From positions 845,164 to 909,163 of the forward strand of contig NMRA01000030.1 in the NCBI GenBank assembly GCA_002633005.1: a stretch of 64,000 nucleotides of DNA. The letters run 5' to 3'. This document shows, one piece after another, positions 1 to 13,035 of the stretch. Position 1 is the stretch's first letter; each line of letters opens with the position of its first letter. Origin of the DNA: Phoronis australis (lineage: Eukaryota > Animalia > Phoronida). The notes beneath the pieces are model-generated. The model did no database searches, was not told where the DNA came from, and saw only the letters and a program-made list of their open reading frames with translations. The position numbers were made by a program, and so were the translations under genes.

Positions 1-366
1 CTTTCGTCAGGAAGCTTTCCTAAGCTTCTTTAGGCTCTGACATCACAATTTTGTGCTGTTTGATAAACCTTGAATTATACAGGCATCACACTCCATGGGA
101 GCAGCCATATTGAAGTAACTAAGCACAACAATACAATCTGGCTCTCTGATTGGTCAATTCAATAGAAAAGCGCCATCAAGTGGCAGGAATGTGCATCAAA
201 TTTTGTGCAACAAAAACACCTTTTTTTAAAAAAATGTGCAAGTGTAGACGTGGGAACTTTTTGGAATTTGGTTTATAGGTATATTATCTAGCCACATAGA
301 AAAAACTAGGTTGCCCCCCGAAAGTACTCACAAGGATGAACGCTATGAGATCTGGCCCACCGACTA
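1..366. mobile_element. Right end of a TAG..CTA-terminated non-autonomous DNA transposon (same family as 37753-38504)
   Basis: About 212-366 is near-identical to about 38350-38504 and ends atctggcccaccgacta. The left end lies before the window. Confidence 0.75.
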
Positions 367-399
367 ACAGTGCTCCAGTTTCATTGCAACTATTTTCAC

Positions 400-3233
400 G
401 TGGCGTCAAGTGTGCGCGTGCAACCTTCACGTGTTACAGAGGTTACATCATAAGGATTAATGGCCACAGCGGCCCCTGACGTGAGTAGAACTATGTGCGT
501 ATTAGCTGTAAAGTTCCGAGTTGGGTTGTTTGACGAAATAAATATTTTAAAAACTAATGCAGGTTTTTTTATGGTTGGGAATATTTATGTTCTAGACTCC
601 GCAACCCAATAAATTGTCAACGTAAGGTTTAGTGCGGTTGTCTTATCTCGAACGCCAGGCACGGCTAACTTCAGTTGCCATTGCTAGAAACACGCTACGT
701 AATGAAGATGAGAATCGGAGGTAAGCAGACATGAGCCAGTCGTCAATCAAAAGTTACTGCAAGGGCATTACTCAACAGCAAGTATTTGCTTAATATTTTA
801 TGACTTTGACTGTGGATGAGTCTAAAGAACCCGTACAGTGTAGGTCCTAGGGAAAAAATATTTTGTGCAGTAGGTGGTTGAGCGAAAAATAGTTGGTACA
901 TGTATCTTTGTCGGTAAGAATAACTTGTAAACAAATTGCTAATTATTTGGGTAATCGGTAGCCACTGTAAGTTAGTGACTAGCTCTAACCAGCACTGCCC
1001 ACTCAGCGAGTACGCGCTAGTTCGGTGTCAGTTGTAATCAACTCGGCGCTAGACATTCGTGACCTGAAATTTGAAAATGGGAGCCTAGACTGGTCATTTC
1101 GTATGAAGTCGCAAGATGCAACCTGGAAATTCCCAAGAACGCGAGCCTATTTTTAGCTAGCTTTTGGCAGCAAGCAGATACCTGGCACTTCTGCAAATCC
1201 GGCCATTATTTGGTTGTTTCCAAGTCAAGTTGAACACTCCACCCTCTTCATTGAGTTGTAAACGTGTTGGGTGAACATGGGATAACATCTTTGGATAATT
1301 CAGAACCGATCTTTGATGCGTTTCAATGGCTGGGGCTTTTGGCTACTGTTGCAAATTTTTGGATGAGCCGCAAAAAATTCGGACCACGGCATAAATATGC
1401 GATAAATTAAAAACATCACAGCGATGTTTCATTCATTAGTGACCAACTTACCGAATTTGTGATGAAAAAACAGTTATTTTTCATGCAAGCTGTCCTGATT
1501 AGTGAGCTTATTACATTATCCCCAACAATATCATCTCACTGCGGCACTGGTCGACCCGCTGTTTGTGCGCAATGTCCAGACACACCGTGACTTGGAAGTG
1601 TGTCTCTTTTTATGGCAAGACGGCAAACAAATTCTCCAGCCCTACTATACTTTCTGGGGCTGAGCACGTGCGTATGCATGAGTCACCTATCACTCACATG
1701 TGTTGCTGTCAATGTAACATGCACAACGATTTAAGTGTGCGAACATACACGCGCGCCACTTCAAAGTTGCACGTCAAATGGGAATAGCGACAGTGCTAAC
1801 TGAGAGAGTATACCTTCCTCTCATTCAGTAACGCTAGGACCTCGCTAAAAAGCAAGACTGCGAGATTCTTGATGTGAGATATTGCCATGTATTTTCAATG
1901 AGAACACGTGACTTAGGCTAGATTTTAGCTAGGTCCTAGTGTAGGTCCTAGCGTTACTGAACGCACGCCTGTACCAGATAAGTTTCAGCGACCTTGGTGT
2001 TAATTTACTTGACAATGAACTTAGACCCCTGGGGTTTTAAAAGACCCGTTGCTATGCAATCTTCCTTGGGCCCAATGTTCCTCAGAACCGTGTGGCTCTT
2101 GGCTCGATGTTCCAGGCCGGTAGCCACCTAGCGATTTTTTTATTCTCTCCATGCAACCCCCTCACAGTAGTGCCAATTTTCATTCCCCGGGTCACCAGTT
2201 GACCACGTACATTTTTCAAGCTAGATTCTATGGGAAGAATTTTGTTCTGGCTGAAGCTGGCCAGTGTAGAAACAAAATTATTCTCGAGTGGCTATACAGG
2301 TAGGTGGAAACTGTATCTACGCAGACAGGCCTAGGCAGAGCAGTTTGCTCCAAGAAATTCTATCGTAATAGCATTTCTTACTATTGCAGTCATTTCGTTT
2401 CTTATTACCGCAAACATTCATGTATAGTATTCGTCTATAACACCTTTGATTTTTTAGGAAATACGATAAGCGCCTACTACTCTACTAAGCTAAGTTTCGA
2501 GAAATTTCAATTAAGCACCAGGGCACTCAACAAGAACTGCTAGTGACACTGGTAAAATCTGCTAACGTAAAACCTGGCTTGCATTTTTTATTATTTCAAG
2601 ATCACACACAAATACCCCTAGGCAGCAAATTAACCCTGTGAGGCACACTGTCCTTTCCGTCGCAACGGCATCCTCGGTAACCCGGCAAAATACATTTCCA
2701 GAAAACTAAGTCGGGGAAATTTCATCAAAATAGGGCGAACTTGAAACCTTTCCGTGAGGTATGAGAATTGTTCAAAATCCGAGAGCTTCTCTTCTAAATT
2801 GAATTGGGAGTGTTGGCAAAACCACTGTCACATTTCTGTGGCCTGATTTTTTCGAATGCATGTTTTATCTAGTGCACTGCAGTTGGAAAATAAGTGCGGC
2901 AGATGACCTCGCAGAAAGCGGAGGTTCCGAAGGCGATGTGGTTCCTGAAGTTTGCAAACATGGGAAGAAAATAAAGTGACAAAGAGATCAAGTATTATAT
3001 TTTGAAGTAAATCCATCACCCGGGAAAATAATTTGTTACTTGTTATAATTCACATTGCCAAACCACCGTCTCGGAGGCCGTTGTTGCACTCTTAATCTCT
3101 AATAATTCGAACTCTCGACTTTCTTCTCTAATAGTTTTTGTACGGCCAATTTTGTCTCTATTAATTGGTACACAAAGCTCTCAACGGAAAAATTGTTCGT
3201 ACACTACTGTATGAACTAATAGAGAAAACACCA
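400..3233 (+). mobile_element. Non-autonomous DNA-transposon body homologous to the interior of 42125-44176, with a different Tc2-like right end
   Basis: Collinear similarity blocks: ~408 with ~42560, ~1420 with ~42928, ~1680 with ~43213, and 2745-3090 with 43580-43930. It ends aactaatagagaaaacacca|TA with tctcta(a/t)ta subterminal repeats. Confidence 0.65.
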
Positions 3234-4737
3234 TACCTTCTGAATCAGCTAACTGATTCAAAGTTGATAGTTTTGTTTTAAATAGTTTAAATAGTTGAAA
3301 GTAACCAATTTTCTTGTTACCTTTACTACTAAAATCTTAAAAGTCTGGTTATCTTGGAGAAACATTAGGCCATGTTTAATTCCTGTTCCCCTGGGTGTAT
3401 TTACTATCCATACAACAATAGAAAGTGATGTACGTAAAAGGACCAATAAAAGGCCACCATCTCTGTTCTGACTTTGAAGTCTGTCTTTCATTTGAGTTTT
3501 GCTGATTGGATGTCAAGTTTGGCGTGTGCGTGTACGTGTTTTATATAATTGTATTCCTATATATATTACATATACATACATATACACATATGTATAGATA
3601 TACACGTACCTTGTCGTGAAAAACAACCCCCGAGTTACGAAAGGCTACGACCAGCGGCTAAATGTAATGTTGTTTACCTATTCACGTCATATGTCCTCGG
3701 TCTCGTTAACACCGTTACAATGGACACATGGTGTGTTCTCTCTCGTGACGGAATGTCCATGCACTTGCAAGGGATGTCCATTCAAGATCAATTTGCTCAC
3801 CAACATGGCTGAAAAATAACTAGGCAAGAAATAGTAGACAATACTATCATTCGCTATATTAAAAATGACAAATTTCCGCTAAAGATTTTGTAATTGCTAT
3901 TGATCAGTCAAGAAAAACCTCACTGAATGAGCAGCTCACAGGTGTGTGTACCGTACGCTGGCTTTGTTTCAATAGGGTTGTCAGGGCACTTCTGTACGAG
4001 GGCCTATAAAAACGGGACATTCATGAAAATATCAGAAGTTGCCTAAAACAAGAACGAAATGATGATTGAAAAACTGTGACAGTTTTTTGAGACTTCATCT
4101 TGAACATCAATATCTTGTGAAATTGTTGACTGCCACATACAGGAAGATTGCAAACATGAAAGATATGGTTTCTTTATTAACAGGTCTTTTTGATTTACTG
4201 CAGAGAAGCATTAGGTTTATGAAAGAGAATCTGTAACTTAACCAACCAACATCTTGGCCTAATTGTTCAACTTCAATCAGGATTATCTCTTTTTGTGTTT
4301 CTTTCCAACCGGTCCACCGACTTCCACAAAATTAGTGTTAACTAGTCATCCATGCCTAGAAGAGCAGTCGCGTGGCAAAATTTTTCATTTAAATTCTTCT
4401 TGAGCTATTTGAAGTGAGCAGAGTTGTCGCCACTTCTGTTTTCAAAATGCCGACTAGAAGAGTTGCTAAAAATCAATAATTAAGGCAAGACTGTTTTATA
4501 ACTTTATTTACTTTGTGTAATACAACTTTCAAATTTGTCGTGATAATTCCTAAAAAACGTAAAGGATAGGTTCTAGAGCACTTTTTTGAAAAAAAATTAA
4601 AAAGTCAATTTTTAATGTTCCAAAGGTTGTTAAGTTTTGATTACGAGTCAAAACAATTGAAATGGCTACAGAAACATGTGGAACTCTCTTTGATTGAAAA
4701 TAGAGAAGGAACTATACACACACAAAATTATCTTTAA

Positions 4738-6167
4738 GGATATCTCCAACCTTATTCACAAAAATTGGCCATTTTTACAATATTTCTCTTGTGTCTAGCA
4801 AAATACCTTATCTTCATTCTCGGGGAACTTCAAATACAAAACAATTATACCGCGTAGCGAGAAAAAAAGATTTAGCAGAACCATTAGAACTCCACAACCG
4901 CGTCGATCTATGATTTGTTTACTATTTATCCAAGGTCGAAGGTTAAGGGGCTTTCAAATAAATCGAATATCCCGCCAGGTTCAGAACAGTTTCGTATACC
5001 CTCAGTCCTTTCATTCACAAAGTCCCAATAACATTGAGCCAACGAGGTGTACTTATGCTAGAATGGCGCCAGGGAAAACAAAGACAAAACGTAGTTTTGA
5101 TCCTAAGGGAGTTGTGTGTCTACATGCATATGACAGTTGGCGTTGAAAACGAGTTTTTGAGTCGCCTCAGGCTTCTGTGGTCATGAACATAGAAAGTTGT
5201 GAAAAGAGATAAATCCTCACCCTAATTCCTTAATTCAATTAATAAGTTGACATTTCGATGTTTCGATCTCATGCTAATGACATACTTCATTTAACCTCCG
5301 ATTCGATTTTTGTAATCCATTTCTTACTTGGTTTCGTATCAGTCTCCCAGCACGTGACGTGTACAGGCTATGAACTGTGACCTACATAGAAAGTAGGTCG
5401 TAAACAAGAGTAAAAGTTGGCTGGGAACGCTACGTCTATTTGAGGATTTAATGATAATTAAGTTAATTACGCACTGCACAATCAGTTGACATTGCAAGTG
5501 AATGTTGAAATAGTTCACATAGTTAAGGATTGTATAGGTTATGTGTACTGAAAACAAGTTTTCACCAAATAATTAACCGAAGACTTTGAGATTTTCACTT
5601 GTCCCAGTTTAATCGGCTTTTTCTCGGTTTCTGCAAGTCTACTTTATTTGAACTTAGGAACACTAGTTCTCGAAGACGGCTAGATGGATTTCGCTGAAAC
5701 TTTTCAAACCTAATATTTAGTCATCAATCTCAAAAATGTTGTTAGGATTTTTGATATAAAGGCCTAGTTTTTACGTAATGTGACAAAGACGAATACGACT
5801 TCAATATTTTACAAAGATACCTTACGTTTTGCTAGTTGATTTGTGATAGAAACCAAACGAACAGACTAATCGAAAATTCCTAACAGCGTTTTTGAGGTAA
5901 CTGGTGAAGTTTTCATTTAAAAAAGTTTTCATTAATATCCACCGAGGGATTATTTTGCTATGAATGTACCTAAGTTTCTTAAAAATGAAATTTAACTTAA
6001 AAAAGGTTTTTATGTAAAAATAATAATGGAACATAGATACAAAAAGTATATTTATATTTCCTGGTCTTTGTTCTTTCAAAAAATATTTACTTTTACTAGT
6101 TGACAAAGCTTATTTTTTTTGATATACGAGTTAGAATGGATGCCTCTAAATAAGGTTGGAGATCACC
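4738..6167. mobile_element. Kolobok-like non-autonomous DNA transposon
   Basis: Imperfect ~20-bp TIRs (ggatatctccaaccttatt / aataaggttggagatcacc) flanked by ttaa and ctaa. Internal inverted block ctcaaaaatgttgttaggatttttgat / atcgaaaattcctaacagcgtttttgag. The superfamily is inferred from GG..CC ends plus TTAA. Confidence 0.55.
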
Positions 6168-8229
6168 CTAAGCCTTATCATGGTATTTCAACTTAGTGTG
6201 TTAGCACACAGGTGATTTAGGTGAAGTCACTTGATTGTCTGAAGCAGGAAAATTATCAACTCAACATCAGTTGCATCATTTCATTCTTAAAAAAAATCAG
6301 CATGTTTATAACATGGCTGACTGTCAGTCTTACCTATGACTAGGTGATGAAGACCTTTGATAAAATGAGTTTAGAACAAGGTCATATTTTGTTTTGTGGG
6401 TTCAAAAACTTCACTTTTGTCTGACTGTTTACAATGACAAACTCAGGAGACACACCTTCTACATTTTTCAAAGCAATATTAGCACTTACAGAATTACTGT
6501 CACTGTATTATTTTACAAATTCAATGGATATTCTGGTAAATGTATGGTGTTGAAAGCTGCATTTACAGGAGATGTACTTGTCTCAGAGCAGCTGATTGGG
6601 AACAGCTGATCTGGTGCATGTATGCGTGTAAACAAAACTGACATGGAGCTAGTTGACTGACTGGGCAGCATCCATTTTTGACTGTGGAGTGAGAGGTAAA
6701 GCAAGTTACACCGGATCAGTTGCTGCCGATGAACACGGGTCTGAACACAAACTGGAGCAGGGCAGGATGAATCCTGTGTGTTACGCTTGCGCGCAGTAGC
6801 GTGTAAACAAGTGATTCTCTTGCATTCTGCAGTAGCATGTAAACGAGTGATTCGCTAGCTAGCATTCTACGTGGTTTGTATGTTCGATGTTGTTTATGCC
6901 ATCATTGAGTAAATGATTAATGCTGATCCAGTTATGTCATGTAATTGCTACTTAAGTCATGGTGTGAGGACCTGTACTTTGTGTTTGGACTGGTCATGAG
7001 GAGTGTGGCATCGTCATGAGCAATTTGAGGTAGGAATACAACACCAGTTGAAAAAAGTTGTCCTTAAAATGTAGAAATTCAGTGCCTAATAGCTTAAGAG
7101 TTGTGGCAAGCTAAAAGCTTTTCACGTTAGTATGACCAAGAATGACAGCCCAGTGCGACTCGACTCGGTAACCATGGTGCTATGAAAAAATCAGGAATAT
7201 CGGTGAAAGTTTGATATGAAAAGATGCATTGTGTCGTTGATTTAATGCATTTCATAGAGTAAGTAATATTTTATGAAGATGTGCATGTGCTGCAAAAGTT
7301 TCAGCTAAAAGTGTTCTTGATTAACAAAGATATGGAAAGTGTAAATTAGGCAGTCAGACAAACGACTATACAGACTCGCCTGAGCCAACTGTACAAACTC
7401 ATCACAAATAGATTTTTGAAAATTGTATGAACTTGCCAGTGAGCTGGTTAAGAATTAACATGGATAACAAGTGTCAAGCCATTGTCATTAACCATTATGA
7501 ACAGTCAGTGAAATCAATGTAAAAACATTTTACAATTTTTTCAGATCAACAAACTTCAAGTGCTGTTACTGCTCTGATGGCACAGATTACTTTACTGAAG
7601 TAATTGGCCACAGCATGGCAAATCACACAATCATGTACTAAGGATTAGGTATCTAATATTGCATGAACACAGCGGTTTGGATGTTTTAGAGTAAAAACAC
7701 ATGGATGCATTCCCAACACTGTTTTGAAGGAGGGCTGTGAAATTGTGCCAAATCAGTTCAAGCAAAAGTTATCTATACAAGAAAAAGAGTTTGATCACAA
7801 GAGTCCATTTAAGACGAAATCAAAAGTAGAATGAAAAGGCAAATGTGAGGTGAAGAATGCGCTGAGCGAAAAAGTGTGAAGGTGATGTGGAGACAGAGGA
7901 AGCATGAGAATACGATGTGATAAAAGAAATGTGTGATGTCACACCACTGTTGATTAATAATTTGAAGATGATAGGGAAGTCAGACACCCCTAGGTCAAGA
8001 TTAATAGGATGTTAGCAGATGGCACCTTCCTCTTAGACAGTATAGTGTTCTTACTGTTTTTAGATGTGACGGAGTGGTTTACCCTTGACAACACAGTAAC
8101 AATGAGGTACTCAAACAACATTGTAAGGTTTTGGCAGATCGAATACAAACTTTTCCACGGAAAATTTTTGAGATTCATATCAGGGTTCAAGTATATCGGA
8201 ATGAAATTTTTATTATTAACGTAATATTT

Positions 8230-8640
8230 ACACTGCTTTCCATGGGGGCCCTCAGTAAAAAGCAAACAGATAGTGAGACAAAAACAGAATTACAAAATGA
8301 AAGACAAATTTAAGTAATAAGCAAAGAATAAGAAATTAACATGGAAAGACTGATGAAGCAAAATAAAAAATAAAATATGATAAATAAAAGATAAAGAAAA
8401 TAAAGAAATTAAGACAAGATAATTGACTAAAAAATAAAAAAAAATTCATAAATCTGTCGGAAACCCATTATAATCGAAAATAAACTTTGCTGTTCCAAAC
8501 GTTAAGCAACGTCAAAACTGGATAAGTGTAGAACTCCTGGAATTATTTGTTGCTTGTTGATATCATAGGAATGAGTTACTTTCTGCGAGTATTGATGCAT
8601 AATTAGATGTCAACAATACCTTGAAAACACCACCGGCTCA
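8230..8640 (-). mobile_element. Degenerate 3' end of a CR1/L2-group LINE
   Basis: Minus-strand gagggcccccatggaaagcagtg matches the 3'UTR motif of the LINE at 15675-17330 (gagggccctcttggaaagcagtg). It is preceded by a T-rich UTR-like tract. Confidence 0.45.
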
Positions 8641-9490
8641 ATGCGAAACCGTACATGAGGAGTTCACGTGAAGCTCGACAGATATTTTGAGAGCAAAAAA
8701 ACTGAAACTACAAGTTGCGAATATCAACTATACTTCTCATGCGTGTTGTCTATGGTTACACGGTGATACTCAAGCAAAAATTATGTCAAACAACAAAAGA
8801 TGTGAATAAATCGACACTCAAATTTTACAGTTGTGTAAACAATCAGTGAAATCTTTTGAACATAGTCAGTATAGGGATCCTATTAATGTAATGAAGATCG
8901 CATTCAATGACTACTCTTCCACTAAGGGTATGCAAACAGTTTCATTGCAAAAACTCGTGCGTAATGAGGTGAATGATCTCTTGAAGTACACCTTGTTGTG
9001 GAATTTTTGCCAATATTGCTCATGACGATGCTGACTACTCATGATCAGTCCAAACATGCACAGTGGCTGGTTGCATGAAACAGTCCCAAATAAGGACTGG
9101 ACTAAGTTCCCTAAGAGTGCGTATTTGTGTCTTTATGGACTCACAGATGCAATATTTTTCTATCATTTCATCTTTACTGTGAGCTCCTCTTTGATTAATG
9201 ACATTTCTAATAATATAACTAAAAATGAGCCCAGAGTTCATTGAAAATAATTAGGGACTCAGTCCTTAAATGGGGGTGTTGCATGAAAAGATTCCTAGTT
9301 ATTTTCAATAATACTGACAATTCAACGTACAGTTCACTCTCGATTTGTATCAAAGTCAAAAGTTGACTTAGTTATGAAACTAAAACAATATAACAAAGGG
9401 GAATCGATGTTTTCAGAAGTTCAAAAATACGCAGTAGATATAGGGAATTTAGTTGAATCCTTATTTGGGACTGTTTCATGTAACCGGGCA

Positions 9491-9550
9491 GTGGTCCCCA
9501 CACTGGTTCCCACACTGGTCCCCACACTGGTCCCCACACTGGTCCCCACA
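9491..9550. repeat. 12-bp tandem repeat (ctggtccccaca) x5
   Basis: Directly visible. It explains the VPTL repeats in ORF 9374..9580. Confidence 0.9.
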
Positions 9551-10358
9551 CCCTGTGGAGTGGAACAACTTGTGCTGTGACAATATTATTATGTATAATG
9601 ATGGCTTAACCTTTGAAATTTCATGAAGTCTGAAATCAGTGCCAGCACCACTTTCAGTATTTATATTTGTTAATTGCAGATTAACCATTTGTTGCAATCA
9701 ATCTGATAATAATTTTAATTGTTAAAACAATGAAAAGTGCTTGTTTCACGTCAATTACCATTGGTCACCAAATGTTAAATAATTGACTGTTGGTGATATG
9801 TAGCGGATAATGATAAATCACAAATATTAAGTGATGTGCATCACTGTTCCTGATATATGCCAAATAAGGAATTATTAGTCACGGTTGGTAACATGTGTCA
9901 AATACTCTCATGTTTTAGTGTGTTAGTGTATTCAGTGTTAGATAAATATTTGATGATACAGCCAAGAGCAACAGGCTCTCAGTTTGTTCTTGTGTTCTGC
10001 CTGAGATACTTATTTCTCGCTTAAGATACTTATTTCTTGGCTGAGATAGGTATTTTGCAGCTGAGATAGTTATTTTGAGATGAGTGGAAATTAGATTAGC
10101 ATGAGCAAAGGATTTGAAAAATATAGGTGATGGAACGGGGGTTCATAGAACAACAAAACCTTGCTGAGTATCGGTCATTTAGCTCAATTTATGGCTGGTT
10201 GTATTGTTTGAGAATGTGAATCAGCTCTGCTTTAACATGAATGCTTTAATCAATTGTTAATAATTCGGCTCAGGCCTGCTAGTTATTTAAGAAATCTCAA
10301 TATTTATACCTATTGGAATGAAAACATAGTCAGCTCTATATACCTCTGTAATATAATA

Positions 10359-10910
10359 CCTGTCACGGACAGGTTCATCCGGGATATGCTGATATATTAA
10401 TCCCCTCCCCAGACCATCCCTGTGACAGCAGAAGGCGCAGAACTCCAAGGCTGACGTTACCTGTCAGCATCTGATTTGACAACACTCGGGCATGGCTCTT
10501 CTTGTGACTTTTAGCAGCATGGCCATAAGTAATACCGGCTTCGAGAAGTCGGCTACCATCATTGAACTCAGCCAGTTGGGACAAAGTCTGCTCGAGGGTG
10601 CGTTTGTGAACCAGCAGCTTAACATCAGCTGAGTATAAGCAAAGGGTTTGGTTGGTGGTACATGAGCCAGCAAGGTAATCTGCACGCTCATTAATCAAGA
10701 CACTGACGTGGCCAGGTACGAAAAACCAGATCACTGTATGATGAGGGTGGCATGATCGAAAAACCAGATCACTGTATGATGAGGGTGGCATGATCGGAAG
10801 ACACCCCAGTTGGCTGGGAGATTTCCAGACTGCACTTTCATCAAGACTGCCATAGAATTGGTGGCAAAGATAATGGTGTGATTTTCCAGGTCTAGGTGTG
10901 ATAGCTGGCT
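10359..10910 (-). mobile_element. Fragment of an RNase H-bearing non-LTR retrotransposon (I/Ingi/Nimb-like)
   Basis: The minus strand encodes IIFATNSMAVL (like I.TDS...L) and WFFVPGHVSVLINERADYLA (like W.PGH.G..GNE.AD.LA). It is disrupted by a ~38-bp tandem duplication near 10719-10795. Confidence 0.7.
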
Positions 10911-11804
10911 CTATTTAGCTGAGATTCTAGAATATTTGAAATGACAACAATTAACTATGCAGATTTCCTGTGGATTGATTCTTTGTGTTCTCAAGAAGAG
11001 CTGCACACTGTTGGGGAATATTTCTCTTATTTTATTCTTCAAAATTGTTGCAAATGTTTAAGCCTTTTTAAAATCCATTATCAGGTTAAGGTCATTTTGA
11101 GACTCCTCCGAAACTGTGATTTTCTGTCATTTAGTAGATAATTTTGTTCACCACCCGTGGTCATTTAGAACTAGACATTTTGGATTGTAATTTATCAAAT
11201 GCAAGTTGATTTTATTTAACCACACAAATTTGATTTCCATGTCCATCTTGTCAATCTGTTTCCCCATTAAGCGGATATCGGCCTTGAAGATCAATATGTT
11301 TGTCTAATAACCGAATGCCTTGTAATTTACAAGTATTTGTCAAATGGCTGCTGTAGGAATAACTAACATAATTTAGTATTTGTTAGTACGCTACAGATGT
11401 AGTGTTGCTATAGATTTAGTGTTGAGTTTCTCTGACACTAGTACCCAGAATGAGGAGCCATGTAAGATGAACAATTATATCATGGAAATATGAATTATCT
11501 TTTGCATGATAAACAACCCCAGGATTTTGCCAGTGTTAATGAGCTCACTTTAATTAAGTTAAAACTTATTAATACATAATTATGTTAATGTAAAGGAGAA
11601 CCAGAAACTATGGAATTTCTATAAATTTCAATTTTTGCTGACGGAATTTATATTTTTTTCGTGCAAGGTAATGTCTAACAATTAACTAAAATTAATTGCA
11701 TATGCTTAAAGTAGGGCAAGTTGTTCTAGTGCAAGTTGTTCTTGGTTAAATCTGTGTGTGGACAGGACTATAATTTCGTGGTATTCATTGGGATGTTGCT
11801 AAAT

Positions 11805-12050
11805 TGCTGTCCACACTATGCGAGTTCCTGCAGAACAAGTTATTACTGGAAGGAGTTGTCGCTAGGTGGTGTTGTGTAGACGGAATTTATGCTGCTGCGA
11901 CTTGTCACCTGTGGGATAACTAACCCCCACCTTATTGAGTTATGGTAACCAGAGTACCTTGCCCCTGCATAAGTCATAATGTGGACGCAGACAAGGCAGA
12001 AGTAATTACCATCTGTCCTTGCTCAGTTACAGGCATATGGGTGTGGTTGG
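11805..12050. mobile_element. Short interspersed MITE-like repeat (gtccacac...tgtggac ends); related copies at ~14075-14295 and, inverted, ~33050-33235
   Basis: Shared segments agaacaagtta..gagttgtcgct and gtaccttgcccctgca.aagtcataatgtggac. Confidence 0.55.
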
Positions 12051-12520
12051 GGACCAGGTATAATGACAGAATTACAGTATACACTGGGACAAGCTCAATT
12101 AATATGATTAAGTCGAAAGTGACATATTTTTATACTTTGTCTCAATTCAACTTCACTGACAAAATGACTTTGAAATTCTATTGTAATGTAATGTTGGCAT
12201 GCTCATGGTCACGACAAAATGAAACTTCTTGCCACAGAGTGACAGAAAGACTCATTTAATGTTCTGATGGCTACAACCATGAAAAAATAAACAAACTTGT
12301 GAAGTTAAAATGAAAAACGGAAAACCTTCTGACTCATAACATATCAAAACTTAGTACAAAATCATTCTGTACAGTGAGTTGTCTTGCAAAAATGAACTCT
12401 TTTGCAGAGTTCCACTCCAAAAAATTGACGCTTTCGTAGTATATGAATGGAAAAGACATCATTTTGAAGGGAATCTGGTTGTAAAAGTCTCCCATTTTAG
12501 TGGAATATCCCTACCCTTAA

Positions 12521-13035
12521 GGGCCTTTCATACTAACATCGACGTGTTGATGGTTTGGGGAGTTGTGGTCAGTACGAACACTTAACTCCGGTCCTGAATC
12601 GTAGTTAACAGCTCCAGTTAACATTGCAGTTAACAGGTGGATTTATTGCGCAGCGTCGACGGTACGATGCAGTATGAACGGTTAACTTCGGTCCATTCGA
12701 AGTTATCGCCAGGTGCCACTGTTATTGTCAACAGTTACAGGGTATTGCCGTCACTATTAGCTGCTTATATTTTGCTTTAATAATAACTAATCGATTTAAA
12801 AATAAGTTTAATGTCATTTACCACATGTAAATGTTTCCAAATCGTCATATTGAAAAAATCTTAGCCTGCAGCGCTACCTTGCGATAACTTCGATGACGAC
12901 AGCATCACCAACCGTTTATTTTGATGTCCATTAACTACCGAAGCCAGTATCAACGGTCCTGTTAACTGCGCTGTTTAGGTCGACTTTGTTTACGTTGGAG
13001 CTCAGACTGGAATTAAGTCAATATGAAAGGGGCCC
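12521..13035. mobile_element. PIF/Harbinger-like MITE
   Basis: Ends taa|gggcctttcatact and aatatgaaaggggccc form an imperfect TIR. A diverged inverted copy lies at ~29715-30178. Confidence 0.6.

Noticed and set aside
6540-6860. gtgtaaac-rich repeat resembling ~40230-40640
   Set aside because: It is probably an old MITE pair, but termini and TSD could not be fixed, so it is not listed as a feature.
6960-7040. Possible upstream exon ending gag|gtagga
   Set aside because: The short ATG frames stop or are out of phase with exon A and show no RGS similarity. It cannot be supported as a UTR exon without transcript data.
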